Virus record (IMG/VR): IMGVR_UViG_3300037247_001878 | Span: 1-56,927 of that record | Reading direction: 5' to 3' (one strand) | Length of the DNA: 56,927 nt | DNA from: a virus | Taxonomy: Duplodnaviria > Caudoviricetes | In this document: positions 25,983 to 35,162 of the stretch, in pieces | Layout: the number at the start of each line of letters is the position of its first letter | Numbering within the stretch: the stretch's first letter is position 1 | The notes under the pieces: model-generated | Told to the model about the DNA's origin: nothing | Database searches by the model: none | The model's input: the letters and a program-made list of their open reading frames with translations, nothing else | Made by a program: the position numbers and the translations under genes

Positions 25983-26468
25983 CTACGCGAAGGTGATGTT
26001 CGGGGTGATGTCGTAGGTGTCGTTCTCAGCGAAGGTGTAGGGGCCGTTGGAGTCCACTTCGATGGCGACGATGCGCGGCGTGGTGCCCTTGCTGACGATG
26101 GCGTAGCCCTGCACCGAGCCGGTCCAGCCGCCCGCGCCGGCGGTGAAGGTCTGCTGAGCGAAGGAGCGCGTGTCGCCCGAGCCGGTCCACGAGGCGTCGG
26201 TCAGGTTCTTGCGCGCGTAGCCGGTGCCGGTGGGCTCGGTGAGCGTCGCCTCGGTGATGGTCTCGCCCGGCGCCACGTTGGTGAACAGCAGCAGCTCCAG
26301 GTCGGTGCCCCGGTCGGTGGTGATGTTCTTGATCGCCTGATCGACCATCATGGACTCGCCCTCGTCGGGCAGAAAGCCGGCCATGGCCAGGATCTGGCCG
26401 GCGAGCGCGCGCAGGCGCTCGAGCGGCGCGGCCAGGTCGAACTCGAAGGTCGCGGCGGCGGCGTTCAT
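25983..26468 (-). CDS. Virion accessory (fibre-anchor-like) protein
   Basis: LLLFTN...TLTEPTGTGYARK...QTFTA motif; Thr/Gly-rich. Confidence 0.55.
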   Translation of the reverse strand: MNAAAATFEFDLAAPLERLRALAGQILAMAGFLPDEGESMMVDQAIKNITTDRGTDLELLLFTNVAPGETITEATLTEPTGTGYARKNLTDASWTGSGDTRSFAQQTFTAGAGGWTGSVQGYAIVSKGTTPRIVAIEVDSNGPYTFAENDTYDITPNITFA

Positions 26469-26683
26469 GCTCGGACCTCCCGCGGCAGATCCTCGACGGC
26501 GACCGTCTTGCCGAGAAACGTGCCGGACAGATGGACGCGCAGGCCGCGCTTTTCCATCATGCGCTTGTAGGATTCCGGGTCGTCGCCCGGGCCGGTCTCG
26601 CCGCGGTGGTTGAGGACGCCGAGCGGCTTGCGCCGGCCGTCCGCCAGTTCGACGTCGCGTTCGAGATAGACGTGCATGGTCAT
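26465..26683 (-). CDS. Hypothetical protein
   Basis: AGGAGG RBS; ATGA overlap downstream. Confidence 0.55.
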   Translation of the reverse strand: MTMHVYLERDVELADGRRKPLGVLNHRGETGPGDDPESYKRMMEKRGLRVHLSGTFLGKTVAVEDLPREVRA

Positions 26684-26768
26684 GGTCCTCCTGCTGTCAA
26701 GGTGTCGCGCAGCGCCCGCTCGACCTCGGCCGGCGCGATCGCCGCCATGGCCGCCGCGCCGGCGCGCG

Positions 26769-27524
26769 CTATTTCCAGTATTTGCCGACCCAGGGGTGCT
26801 GGGCCCGGGTCGCGGCGTGCCAGGGCTTGCCGCGGCCGTTGAAGTGCACCACCCGGGCGTCGGCCGGCGGCGCCAGGGTGCGTTTTTGCCGGTCGTCCCG
26901 GGTCATGTCGCGGATCGAGTAGATGCCGCAGCCCTTGGGCCAGACCGGCGCCGTCCCGGCCAGGCAGTAGCTGATCCAGGCCTGGTCGGAGCCGCGATAA
27001 TTCGCCTTGCGCGCCTCCAGGATCGATTTGGTGCCCTCGAAGCGGTCCCAGACTTGCGTGACTTCGCCGGCGCGCAGCAGGTACTGGCCACCCGCCAAGC
27101 GGATCTCCTGGCTGGGCTTGGGCCAGGCCTGGCCCGGGCGCCAGCCGATAAACGGCACATCGACGTCGAGCAGCGGCGCCCAGTCGCCGGTGACCGCGAT
27201 ATCGAGGTCGACCACCATGAGCCGCGGGCCGAGCGCGGCGGCCTCGCGGCTGAACATCCACAGGCGACGGTAGGATGACGGGAAGCCTTTCTTCTCCGGG
27301 GTCTCCAGGCGCGCCAGCGCGCGCGCCGCCGGCGGGGTCTCGATCACCTCGGCGGCGCCCCAGTCGCCCCGGATATCGTCGGCGATCGCGATCAGCCGGT
27401 AGGGCACGGTCATGTGCCGCGCCAGCATGCGCCCGAGCACGGCCACGTGCTCGGGCGCGTAGTCGCGGCCGCCGTCCCACACCCAGGTGACGATCGAGAC
27501 CGTCACGGGCTCATTCCCAACCAC
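26769..27524 (-). CDS. GT-A fold glycosyltransferase (GT8-like)
   Basis: VVDLDIAVTG DxD motif, SDQAWIS, VVHFNGRGKPW. Confidence 0.8.
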   Translation of the reverse strand: MVGNEPVTVSIVTWVWDGGRDYAPEHVAVLGRMLARHMTVPYRLIAIADDIRGDWGAAEVIETPPAARALARLETPEKKGFPSSYRRLWMFSREAAALGPRLMVVDLDIAVTGDWAPLLDVDVPFIGWRPGQAWPKPSQEIRLAGGQYLLRAGEVTQVWDRFEGTKSILEARKANYRGSDQAWISYCLAGTAPVWPKGCGIYSIRDMTRDDRQKRTLAPPADARVVHFNGRGKPWHAATRAQHPWVGKYWK

Positions 27525-28230
27525 CGGCCCTCGGCTTCATTGAAAGCAACGACGCCGTGGCCCGCGACCAACCTTCGCGTCCGACCTTGAGCAGCATGCC
27601 GGCGCCCCGGCCCAGGTCGACCGCCTGCAGCCCGGCGCGCGCAAGCCGGTCGGCGAGCACCGTGGCCGCCGGCCCGGCGCAGATCACCGCGAGCGTCGTC
27701 CCCGCCGCGAGGCAGGTCGCCTCGATCGCCGCCAGCGCGCCGTAGGCCTCCATCTTCGGACAGGGTACCCAGGTCACATGGGCAGCATCCTTAGCCAGCA
27801 GCTTGCGCAGGCCGTGGTCCTCGGCGCAGACGGCCGCGACCCGGCGCCCGGCCCACAGGCCCCGGAACGCCGCGAAATAGTCCGGGCGCAGAATCCAGGG
27901 CGCGCAATCGGAGCGGCCGACGAAGGCCGAGCCGTAGACCCGCGCCGGATCGAACAGGGGGGCGAAGCGCGCCTTGGAGCGCGACCAGTTGCCATACTTC
28001 GGGCTCTTCGGGTCCATGGTCGGGATCGCCGGCAGGCAGCCCGGCGCCGGGTCATGGAGAATGCGCCGCAAATCCTTGGCGAGCGCCGGATTTGGTGCAT
28101 GGGTGCTGTTGCCCTTGCCTTGCGCGATCGCCAGCTCGCCGTCGCCCAGGCGCGCCAGTGAGGCGCCGGCGCACATTCGGTCCAGGGTTTCGTCCTCGGT
28201 CAGGCAGCGCGGCCAGGCCGGCGCGCTCAT
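27511..28230 (-). CDS. GT-D fold glycosyltransferase (DUF1792-like)
   Basis: SLARLGDGEL, AGPAATVLADRL, QAVDLG. Confidence 0.75.
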   Translation of the reverse strand: MSAPAWPRCLTEDETLDRMCAGASLARLGDGELAIAQGKGNSTHAPNPALAKDLRRILHDPAPGCLPAIPTMDPKSPKYGNWSRSKARFAPLFDPARVYGSAFVGRSDCAPWILRPDYFAAFRGLWAGRRVAAVCAEDHGLRKLLAKDAAHVTWVPCPKMEAYGALAAIEATCLAAGTTLAVICAGPAATVLADRLARAGLQAVDLGRGAGMLLKVGREGWSRATASLLSMKPRAGGWE

Positions 28231-29309
28231 GCCGCGTCTCGCAGCGCATCGAGCTCGGACTCCGGCACCAGGCGGGCGAGCAGCTTGAGCGTCCCGCCGG
28301 TCCGGCGTACCGCTGCGGCGCGGCCGAGACGGGTCAGTTCCCGGGACAGCGCAGGACGATCGACCGGGCGCAGGCTACCGACCCGGATACCGGCATGCCC
28401 CGAGGGTCGGTCCTGCTCCCAGGCGTGGAAGATCTCCTCGTCGAGCTTTTCCCCGGGCCTCAATCCGGTGAAGCGGATTTCGATATCATCGCGCCCGGCT
28501 TGGACGATCATGCGGCGCGCCAAATCCTGAATACGCAGCGGCTCGCCCATGTCGAGCGCGAAGACCGAGTCCAGCGGCGCGAACAGCGCGCCGGTCCGGA
28601 GCACCAGCGCCACCGCCTCGGCCGTGGTCATGAAGTAGCGCCGCACCTCCGGGTGGGTCACGGTGACCGGACCGCCGGCCGCGATCTGGCGCGCGAACAG
28701 CGGCACCACCGAGCCGGCCGAGCCGAGCACGTTGCCGAAACGCACGATGTTGAAGCGGGTCGGGAAGCCGCGCGCCGGCGAGGCCTGGCAGACCATTTCC
28801 GCCACCCGCTTGCTCGCGCCCATGACGGAGATCGGGTTGACCGCCTTGTCGGTCGAAATCAGCAGCATGGTCACCACGCCCGTCGCCAGACAGGCCCGTG
28901 CCAGGTCGCGCGTGCCAAAGACGTTGGTCAGCACCGCCGCCTCCGGATTGGCCTCGGACATCGGCACGTGCTTGATGCCGGCGGCGTGGAACACGAGTTC
29001 GGGGCGGTGCCGGTCGAGAATCTGCGCCAGGCCGCCGCCACAGACGTCGGCGAGCACGGCGGCGCGCGGCACGGTTGGGAAGGCCTCGCCGATCTCGGCG
29101 TCGATCGCATAGAGCGCGGCCTCGCTGTGGTTGAGCAGCACCACGCAAGCCGCCCCGGCGGCGGCGACCTGCCGCGCCAGCTCCGAGCCGATGGTGCCGC
29201 CGGCGCCGGTCACCAGCACGCGGGCGCCCGCGACCATCGCGCGCAGGGCTTCGGGATCGGAGCGCCGCTCCGGCCGGCCCAGCAGGGCCGTGGAATCGAA
29301 CGCGGTCAT
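28227..29309 (-). CDS. NDP-sugar 4,6-dehydratase, CapD/PglF catalytic domain only
   Basis: VLVTGAGGTIGSEL, FHAAGIKHVP, STDKAVNP.SVMGASKR, RFGNVLGS.GSV, GLRPGEKL. Confidence 0.9.
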   Translation of the reverse strand: MTAFDSTALLGRPERRSDPEALRAMVAGARVLVTGAGGTIGSELARQVAAAGAACVVLLNHSEAALYAIDAEIGEAFPTVPRAAVLADVCGGGLAQILDRHRPELVFHAAGIKHVPMSEANPEAAVLTNVFGTRDLARACLATGVVTMLLISTDKAVNPISVMGASKRVAEMVCQASPARGFPTRFNIVRFGNVLGSAGSVVPLFARQIAAGGPVTVTHPEVRRYFMTTAEAVALVLRTGALFAPLDSVFALDMGEPLRIQDLARRMIVQAGRDDIEIRFTGLRPGEKLDEEIFHAWEQDRPSGHAGIRVGSLRPVDRPALSRELTRLGRAAAVRRTGGTLKLLARLVPESELDALRDAA

Positions 29310-30040
29310 CGGACCTGGTGCCAGGGGAAACGCAGGTGATCGGTGGGCAAAAGATCGCCCTGGCTGCGCTTGTGCGCGCGCAGGTCCTCGTAGGGTTTGC
29401 GGTCGCGGCTGAGCGTCAGGTCCGAGGCATCGGCGATGCTGTGCCGCGTGTGGACCCAGAGCGGCGCGTCCTCGAGCAGCTCGCAGGGCGCCACCGCCGC
29501 GAGGGCGGCCAGGAACGGCGCCGAGCCGCCCAGGTGCCCCGAATAGTCCTCGTCGTAACCGCCCATCCGCCAGTAGAGCGCGCGGGTGCACAGGTAGGAA
29601 TCCACGTGCGGCTTGACCGGCCCGAAGACTGCATCGTCCGGAATCGCGTCCTTGCGCCGGGTCGCGTCCGCGCGCCCGGCCCGGAAGCGCGCGAAGCGGT
29701 ACCAGCAGGCCGGGTCGGCCGTGAAATGCTCGGCCAGCCAGATCGCCGAGGGGACCGGCAGCAGATGATCGATATCGGTCTGCAGGATCCAGTCGGTCTC
29801 GGCCACCTGGGCGCCCAGGTTGCGCGCGCCGTTGCGGTTCCAGGGGATGTCGGTCTCGATGCGGTAGAGCGCGGCGCGGCAGCCGTTCGGCAGCACTTCG
29901 TGGGCCGGCTCCGGGCTGCCGTCGTCGACCAGGATCACCCGGATCCCGGCCGGATAGCCGGCCCAGGCCACGGCCTGACGCCGCAGCATCTCCGGGTTGC
30001 GGTAATAGGGGACGATCAGCGTGAACCCGGTCACCGCCAC
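29306..30040 (-). CDS. GT-A fold glycosyltransferase (GT2/GT7-like)
   Basis: IVPYYR, VDDGS, ARNLG, TDID, GGYDEDY. Confidence 0.85.
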   Translation of the reverse strand: MAVTGFTLIVPYYRNPEMLRRQAVAWAGYPAGIRVILVDDGSPEPAHEVLPNGCRAALYRIETDIPWNRNGARNLGAQVAETDWILQTDIDHLLPVPSAIWLAEHFTADPACWYRFARFRAGRADATRRKDAIPDDAVFGPVKPHVDSYLCTRALYWRMGGYDEDYSGHLGGSAPFLAALAAVAPCELLEDAPLWVHTRHSIADASDLTLSRDRKPYEDLRAHKRSQGDLLPTDHLRFPWHQVR

Positions 30041-30717
30041 ACCCGCATGGTCTTCTGCCCCGCCGGCCAGACGTCGGGTAACTCTTCGGCGTGCAGTCCA
30101 ACCGCTTGCGCAGCATCCACGAAAAATTCCGGCGGGTATTGGAACTGCTTGAGGCCCGAGCGGCGCGGCTGGTCGTGGCGCTTGTAGGTGAAGGCGAATT
30201 CGCCGAATTCCCGGACGGCCAGACCGGCGAACAGGCCCTGGATCACGTCCGCCGGCAGATGGGTGAATACCGAATGCGCCCAGATGAAATCGAAGGCGCG
30301 GTGGCGCAGCCCTGCGAAACCGCCGGTGCCATGGATGAAGCGCGGAGAGCGTTCAGCCCAGCCTTCATCCTCGCCGAGTTGTCGCGCGTGGGCCAGGGCG
30401 GCGGGCGAGATGTCGATGCCCGTATAGCGCCCCGGATCGAGCCAGGGCACGGCAACGCGGGCGAAGCGCCCGGTGCCGCAGCCCAAATCCAGCAGCCGCG
30501 AGGCCGGGGTCAGCCCGCGCTTCCGGAGGAAGGCGAGCTGCAGCGGCCCGTGCTCTTCCCACTGCCCGCCGATCGCCGCCGCCGGGCCGTCGCGCCGCAC
30601 CCGCAAATCGGTGTGCGCCGCGTAAGCCTTGACGTAATCGTCGGTCGCCTGGTAGAGCGCCAACTCCTCCGGGTTCCGGCTCGCCTTGTCGGTGAAGCCG
30701 CTCAGGTTAAGGGTCAT
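30031..30717 (-). CDS. Class I SAM-dependent methyltransferase (small-molecule/glycan type)
   Basis: LLDLGCGTGR, YTGIDIS, FDFIWAHSVFTHL. Confidence 0.85.
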   Translation of the reverse strand: MTLNLSGFTDKASRNPEELALYQATDDYVKAYAAHTDLRVRRDGPAAAIGGQWEEHGPLQLAFLRKRGLTPASRLLDLGCGTGRFARVAVPWLDPGRYTGIDISPAALAHARQLGEDEGWAERSPRFIHGTGGFAGLRHRAFDFIWAHSVFTHLPADVIQGLFAGLAVREFGEFAFTYKRHDQPRRSGLKQFQYPPEFFVDAAQAVGLHAEELPDVWPAGQKTMRVWR

Positions 30718-32027
30718 GGCGCCTCGATCTCCCCCTCGGTTTCGGTCTCTCGATTGGCGTTGGCCCGGCCCCACCAGGGGAGCACCAGGTCGAGCGCCGC
30801 GGCGATACGCGCCGGGGTCTCCGGATCCTCGATCGCCACATCGAGGAAGCGCGGGTCGTCGGCGAAGGCCGCGCGGACGCGCGCGTGATAGTCGGCGACC
30901 CACTCGATGAGCGCGGCGTCCTCGCCGCCCCGCCCACGCGGCAGGAACGGCAGTTCGGCCTTGACGATGCGCGCGCGCAGGTCCTTCCAGCGCGCGATGC
31001 TGGCCAGCCAGTCCTTGGGCGCCCGCGTATTCAGCAGGATCAGCGTCTCCGGATGGTGCTCCCGCAAGGACCGCAGGAAGCCGGGCGCCAGGGTCGGCCA
31101 GATGCTCACCCGCTCCCACTTGGGCGAGCGCGTGATATAGGCATCGCAGATCGCCTCGACGCCGCGCGGCACATAATGCAGCGGATCCCGGGCCTCGACG
31201 AAGGCGCGCCAGAGCTGCAGTGCAATCGGCGTGCCGTCCACGTGAAAGTGGCCGTGGCTGGACACCAGCCCGGCGCGGCCGAAGGCGCGGTGCAACGTCG
31301 AGGTGCCGCTCTTGGGCAACCCGCACACGAAGACGCGCAACTCGCTCACTTGCTCTCCTCCCGCCGAAGATGCGCGCAAAGACGGGCCGGGCTCCGCCGC
31401 CAAGACATCATCCAGCGTGACGATCGGCCAGAGATCCCAGTGGCTGCCCGGGCTGGCGTTCAGCACCTCGACGCCGAGGTCCTTGAGCGGCTGGACCATG
31501 GTCCGCAGATCGACGAGCTGCTCGTCCCAGCAGCCCGGCTTCGGCGCCTGCTTGTGCGGCGCGTGGTGATGGGTTCGGCCCTTGGCGTCCCGCCCGCCGT
31601 CGGCGCCGAGCAGCACCAGGCGCGTGGCGCCGAGCAGAACGGCCATGTTGATCGCGCCGTGGAGCGAGGTGCGCCGGACGCTGAGCGCGCGCGGATCGCT
31701 GCTGATCGCGACGCCACCGGCTTTGCCGGGAAATGGCGGGGCGACCTGGCGCAGGTGCAGCAACCCGTCCCAGTCGATCGCGCTCGTGGTGGTAACCACG
31801 CGCCCGCGCCACGGGCCCTCGATCGCCGCCCGGTGCTCGTAGAGCCAAGGCCGGTCCGCCGAGAAAAGATAATCGGCGAAGGGATGGGCGATGTAGCTGG
31901 AATTGACGGCGATCACCCGCCGGCCCGCCAGGCGGTGAGCCCCCTGCCCGGCCAGCGACGGCCCACCCGCCAGGATGAACGCGGTCTCGCCCTCCCACAG
32001 TCGCGGGACCGACCACTCGGTTGCCAT
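30714..32027 (-). CDS. Fusion: Maf/MptE-like transferase domain plus sulfotransferase-like P-loop domain
   Basis: AFILAGGPSL, VIAVNS, TSLHGAINMAVLLGA.RLVLLGAD, VLNAS; then VFVCGLPKSGTSTL. Confidence 0.75.
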   Translation of the reverse strand: MATEWSVPRLWEGETAFILAGGPSLAGQGAHRLAGRRVIAVNSSYIAHPFADYLFSADRPWLYEHRAAIEGPWRGRVVTTTSAIDWDGLLHLRQVAPPFPGKAGGVAISSDPRALSVRRTSLHGAINMAVLLGATRLVLLGADGGRDAKGRTHHHAPHKQAPKPGCWDEQLVDLRTMVQPLKDLGVEVLNASPGSHWDLWPIVTLDDVLAAEPGPSLRASSAGGEQVSELRVFVCGLPKSGTSTLHRAFGRAGLVSSHGHFHVDGTPIALQLWRAFVEARDPLHYVPRGVEAICDAYITRSPKWERVSIWPTLAPGFLRSLREHHPETLILLNTRAPKDWLASIARWKDLRARIVKAELPFLPRGRGGEDAALIEWVADYHARVRAAFADDPRFLDVAIEDPETPARIAAALDLVLPWWGRANANRETETEGEIEAP

Positions 32028-32044
32028 GGTGCCTTCGGGTCAAA

Positions 32045-32076
32045 CGCCGAAGGGGCCCCGGCGGGGCCCCTCGGCG
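32045..32076 (-). terminator. Strong hairpin with weak U-tract after the capsid gene
   Basis: CGCCGAGGGGCCCC-GCC-GGGGCCCCTTCGGCG followed by TTTG on the minus strand. Confidence 0.55.
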
Positions 32077-32101
32077 GCGGTCACCGTGATCGAAAGGCCG
32101 A

Positions 32102-33118
32102 TCAGGTGTTCTTACCCGGGATCAGGGCCTGCGGCCGCGTGCAGATGTTGAGCGTGTTCATCTGCACTTCGAGCTCGATGCCCTTGTCGTTCGGCATCGG
32201 GAACTGCTTGGCCGTGAGCCGGCGGCCGAGTGTGTTGACCGTCTCGACGTAATCCGCCGGCGCGAAGTAGGTCCGGAACAAGTTGGGCACGCCGACCGGG
32301 AAGATGTGCGCCTTGGTGGCGGCGACGAAATCCGTCGCGCCAACCTTGCCGCGATAGTTCTGCCAGCGGATCCCGCCGAACTCGAAGGACCCGAAGGACA
32401 TCCCGCCGTCGACGTAGCCGCGTCGCAGCTCGGCGGCGGCGGTCTGGTTCAGGAACGTCTCGCGGACCTCTTTGTGCGCGATCAGCTCGTCGTAGAAGGT
32501 ATCGCCGACGAACGCGTGCACGCCCGTAAACGGCACGCCCTCGAGGATGTTCGCGATCTGCCGGACGACTTTGCCACAGGCCTTGCGCAGCACGCCCTCG
32601 GCAGGACTCGCAGCATCCAGGTCGAAATTGATCTCGGTTTCCTGGCTGACGCCGAACAGGGTGAAGAGGTTCAACGTCGTGTTGTCGGCGTAGGTGACGA
32701 TGCCCTTGACCGCGCCGATGCGCGAGAACTCCTGGGTCGCTTCGAGCGACTGGGAGTGGACCGCGACGCGCTCCGTTACCTGGCCCATGATCGATTCGAG
32801 CGCGGTTTCGGAGCCCCATTGGCGCACGCCCTGGACCTCCTCGGCCATGATCGCATCGTCAATCTCGAAGTGAGGCACGACCACGCTGCGCAGGTTGCGC
32901 TTGCCTTTGTCGATCGTGGTGCCGGGACCGCCGCGCGGGGTGGGCGCGACCAAGACCAGGATGCCGTCGCGCTCCTCGAGCGCGATCGAGGTGGCTGGGA
33001 CGCCGCTCTCCACGAACAAGTTCATCGAGCCGATCAGGCCCGGAACGAACTTGAGCTTGTTGATTGCGTCCGTCAGTGGGACGAGGCTGAAGGCGTCGTC
33101 CGTGAAGATGTCGAGCAT
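32102..33118 (-). CDS. Major capsid protein (lambda gpE family)
   Basis: DAFSLVPLTDAINK, VPHFEIDD, YFAPADYVETVNT, LNICTRP; follows the decoration gene. Confidence 0.92.
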   Translation of the reverse strand: MLDIFTDDAFSLVPLTDAINKLKFVPGLIGSMNLFVESGVPATSIALEERDGILVLVAPTPRGGPGTTIDKGKRNLRSVVVPHFEIDDAIMAEEVQGVRQWGSETALESIMGQVTERVAVHSQSLEATQEFSRIGAVKGIVTYADNTTLNLFTLFGVSQETEINFDLDAASPAEGVLRKACGKVVRQIANILEGVPFTGVHAFVGDTFYDELIAHKEVRETFLNQTAAAELRRGYVDGGMSFGSFEFGGIRWQNYRGKVGATDFVAATKAHIFPVGVPNLFRTYFAPADYVETVNTLGRRLTAKQFPMPNDKGIELEVQMNTLNICTRPQALIPGKNT

Positions 33119-33179
33119 GATTTCTTACTCCATTTCTCGCCGGCCGACGCCGGGGGACACTTGGCGCGCGGGCGTCGAG

Positions 33180-33566
33180 CTAGCGCGCGATGATGAAGAG
33201 CTTGGCGAGGCTGGTGTTCACAGCCGCCTTCTCCCCGCCGGCCGTCGATTCGGTCGGATAGGTCAGGAGGTTGTTGTTGACCTCCGCGAGGCGCGCGATG
33301 TAGGCAGCCGCGACATCGGCGTCGGCGCCCGTGGCGCTCGCGTCGATCGCGTCGATCACGATGCCGGCGACCTCGGTCTGGACGCCCCCGGCGGTGTCGA
33401 GCAAGCCGTCGGCGGCGATCAGCTTGCCGGCGCCGTCCTCCTGGACGACCTCGCCGACCTTGAGCTTCTGCCCCTTGAGGACGGTGCCGTTGTCGCGAGA
33501 GATGCCGCCGTTGCCCTCGGACAGGATGAATTCCGCCGTGTGGCGGGCTTCGGTTTTCAAGACCAT
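33180..33566 (-). CDS. Head decoration protein (gpD family)
   Basis: EFILSEGNGGISRD...ARLAEVN; between scaffold and capsid genes. Confidence 0.85.
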   Translation of the reverse strand: MVLKTEARHTAEFILSEGNGGISRDNGTVLKGQKLKVGEVVQEDGAGKLIAADGLLDTAGGVQTEVAGIVIDAIDASATGADADVAAAYIARLAEVNNNLLTYPTESTAGGEKAAVNTSLAKLFIIAR

Positions 33567-33630
33567 GGTGGTTTCTCCGATTCAGCCGCGCAAGCTCGCG
33601 CGGGCGTTGAGTTACGCAGGAATGGTTGGA

Positions 33631-34125
33631 TCAGGCAGGGGTTCCAGGCGAGAAACGCGCGTTCGTGCGCGCGACGGCCTTGTCCCACAGCGCCGCCGTG
33701 CTGCGCCCCGAGTCCGGCCCGGTGTGCCCGGCGATCTCGGCCGCCGAGGATGCGCTGACGCGCTGCCCGATCAGGGTCTTGCGCACGTCGCCCGTGGAGA
33801 CATTCTTGGCGATGAACTCGGCCGCCAGTTCCGCCTTGCCGGCGAGCGTGCAGAGGTCGGCGACCTGGCGGGCGTAGTGGCGCAGCTTGCGCGCGGCCTT
33901 CTTCTCCGCCTTGGCCGCGGCGCGGCGCGCGGCATTCTTGGATGAGGGCGCTTCGTCCTCCTCGTCGTCCTCGTCGTCCTCGTCCTCGTCCTGGGCCTTC
34001 TTCGCCTCGTCCTCGTCGTCCTCGTCCTCGTGCTCGGCGGCCTTGGTCTTGTCTTCGTCGTCGTCATCTTCGTGTTCCGCGGCCCGCTTGCCGCGCAGGC
34101 CGATTGCCGCGAGTGGGTTCTTCAT
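33631..34125 (-). CDS. Probable scaffolding protein (acidic low-complexity)
   Basis: AGGA RBS, Asp/Glu tracts, VADLCTLAGK.ELAAEFI motif, between protease and decoration genes. Confidence 0.65.
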   Translation of the reverse strand: MKNPLAAIGLRGKRAAEHEDDDDEDKTKAAEHEDEDDEDEAKKAQDEDEDDEDDEEDEAPSSKNAARRAAAKAEKKAARKLRHYARQVADLCTLAGKAELAAEFIAKNVSTGDVRKTLIGQRVSASSAAEIAGHTGPDSGRSTAALWDKAVARTNARFSPGTPA

Positions 34126-34148
34126 CGTCCAGTCCTTCCGTTTCGGGT

Positions 34149-35162
34149 TTAGGCCGACGGCAGCGCCGCGGGCTGTGGGCGCGCCAGTCGCGCCGCGAAT
34201 TCCTCGAAAACTTCGTCCTCGGACGCGACCGCATCGATCAGCCTGGCGGCGAGCGCGTCTACGCTGGTGAACACGTCCGCCTCGGTATCCAGCATCGCGG
34301 CCACCGAGAGTTTGCGGTTGCGCGCGACATCGGACGCGAAGAGCGTTCGGACGTTGTCGACCTCGCCCTGGAAGCGCGCCAGCACCTCCTCCGGCAAGGG
34401 CCCAAACGGATGCCCGTCGATCTTGCGGGCGCCGGAATGGATGAGCGTCACGGTGACGCCCTCGTCCTTCAGTTTGCCCGACCAATCGGCGTGCATCATG
34501 ACGACGCCGATCGAACCGGTATCGGCGGTCGTCGGCGCGAAGACATTGTGCGCCGCGGACGCGAGCCAATAGCCCGCCGAGAGCGCCATCTCGTTGATCA
34601 GCGCCCAAGAGGGCTTGGCCTGGCGCGCGAGGAATATCGCCTCGGCCGTGTCCTTGACACCGAAGAGCTCGCCTCCCGGCGTATCGTAATCGTACAGGAT
34701 GCCCTTGACTTGGCGGTCCTCGGCGGCGGCGTGGACCTTGGCCTTGATTCCATCGTAACCGGTCAGGCCCGAGTAGGGATCCAGGTGGCCGTACTTGTGC
34801 ACCAGCTCGCCCTCGATCGGGATGTAGGCGATGCCGCTCTGCGGCTCGAAAGCGAACAGGCGCGCGCTCTCGTGATCGCGCGAGGGCGCGCCGACGCTGC
34901 GCGCGTCTTTGGCGGCCGGCACGAATTCGACGCCGGCTAGGACCACGCTGCGCTCAGCAGCAACGCGCCTCTCGGACAGCGGCGGCGCGACCGCGCCGAC
35001 CTCGAACACGACGCCCGACAAATTATCCACGATGCGGGCGACGTTGAGGCGCGCGGCGAGCTCGCCACCCATCACGGCGATCGCGGCGTCCGCCGTGATC
35101 GGATGCGCCTTGTTGGTCATGATGCGATTGGCGATGCGTCGGAGATCATGAGGGACCGGCAT
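34149..35162 (-). CDS. S49 prohead protease
   Basis: YDTPGG, ALSAGYWLAS, TGSIGV. Confidence 0.9.
   Translation of the reverse strand: MPVPHDLRRIANRIMTNKAHPITADAAIAVMGGELAARLNVARIVDNLSGVVFEVGAVAPPLSERRVAAERSVVLAGVEFVPAAKDARSVGAPSRDHESARLFAFEPQSGIAYIPIEGELVHKYGHLDPYSGLTGYDGIKAKVHAAAEDRQVKGILYDYDTPGGELFGVKDTAEAIFLARQAKPSWALINEMALSAGYWLASAAHNVFAPTTADTGSIGVVMMHADWSGKLKDEGVTVTLIHSGARKIDGHPFGPLPEEVLARFQGEVDNVRTLFASDVARNRKLSVAAMLDTEADVFTSVDALAARLIDAVASEDEVFEEFAARLARPQPAALPSA

Noticed and set aside
26769-32027. Serotype-conversion (GtrABC-like) or DNA hypermodification locus
   Set aside because: No membrane flippase or integral GT, no base-hydroxylase or nucleotide-kinase partners, and the position is in the capsid operon; not excluded, but less supported
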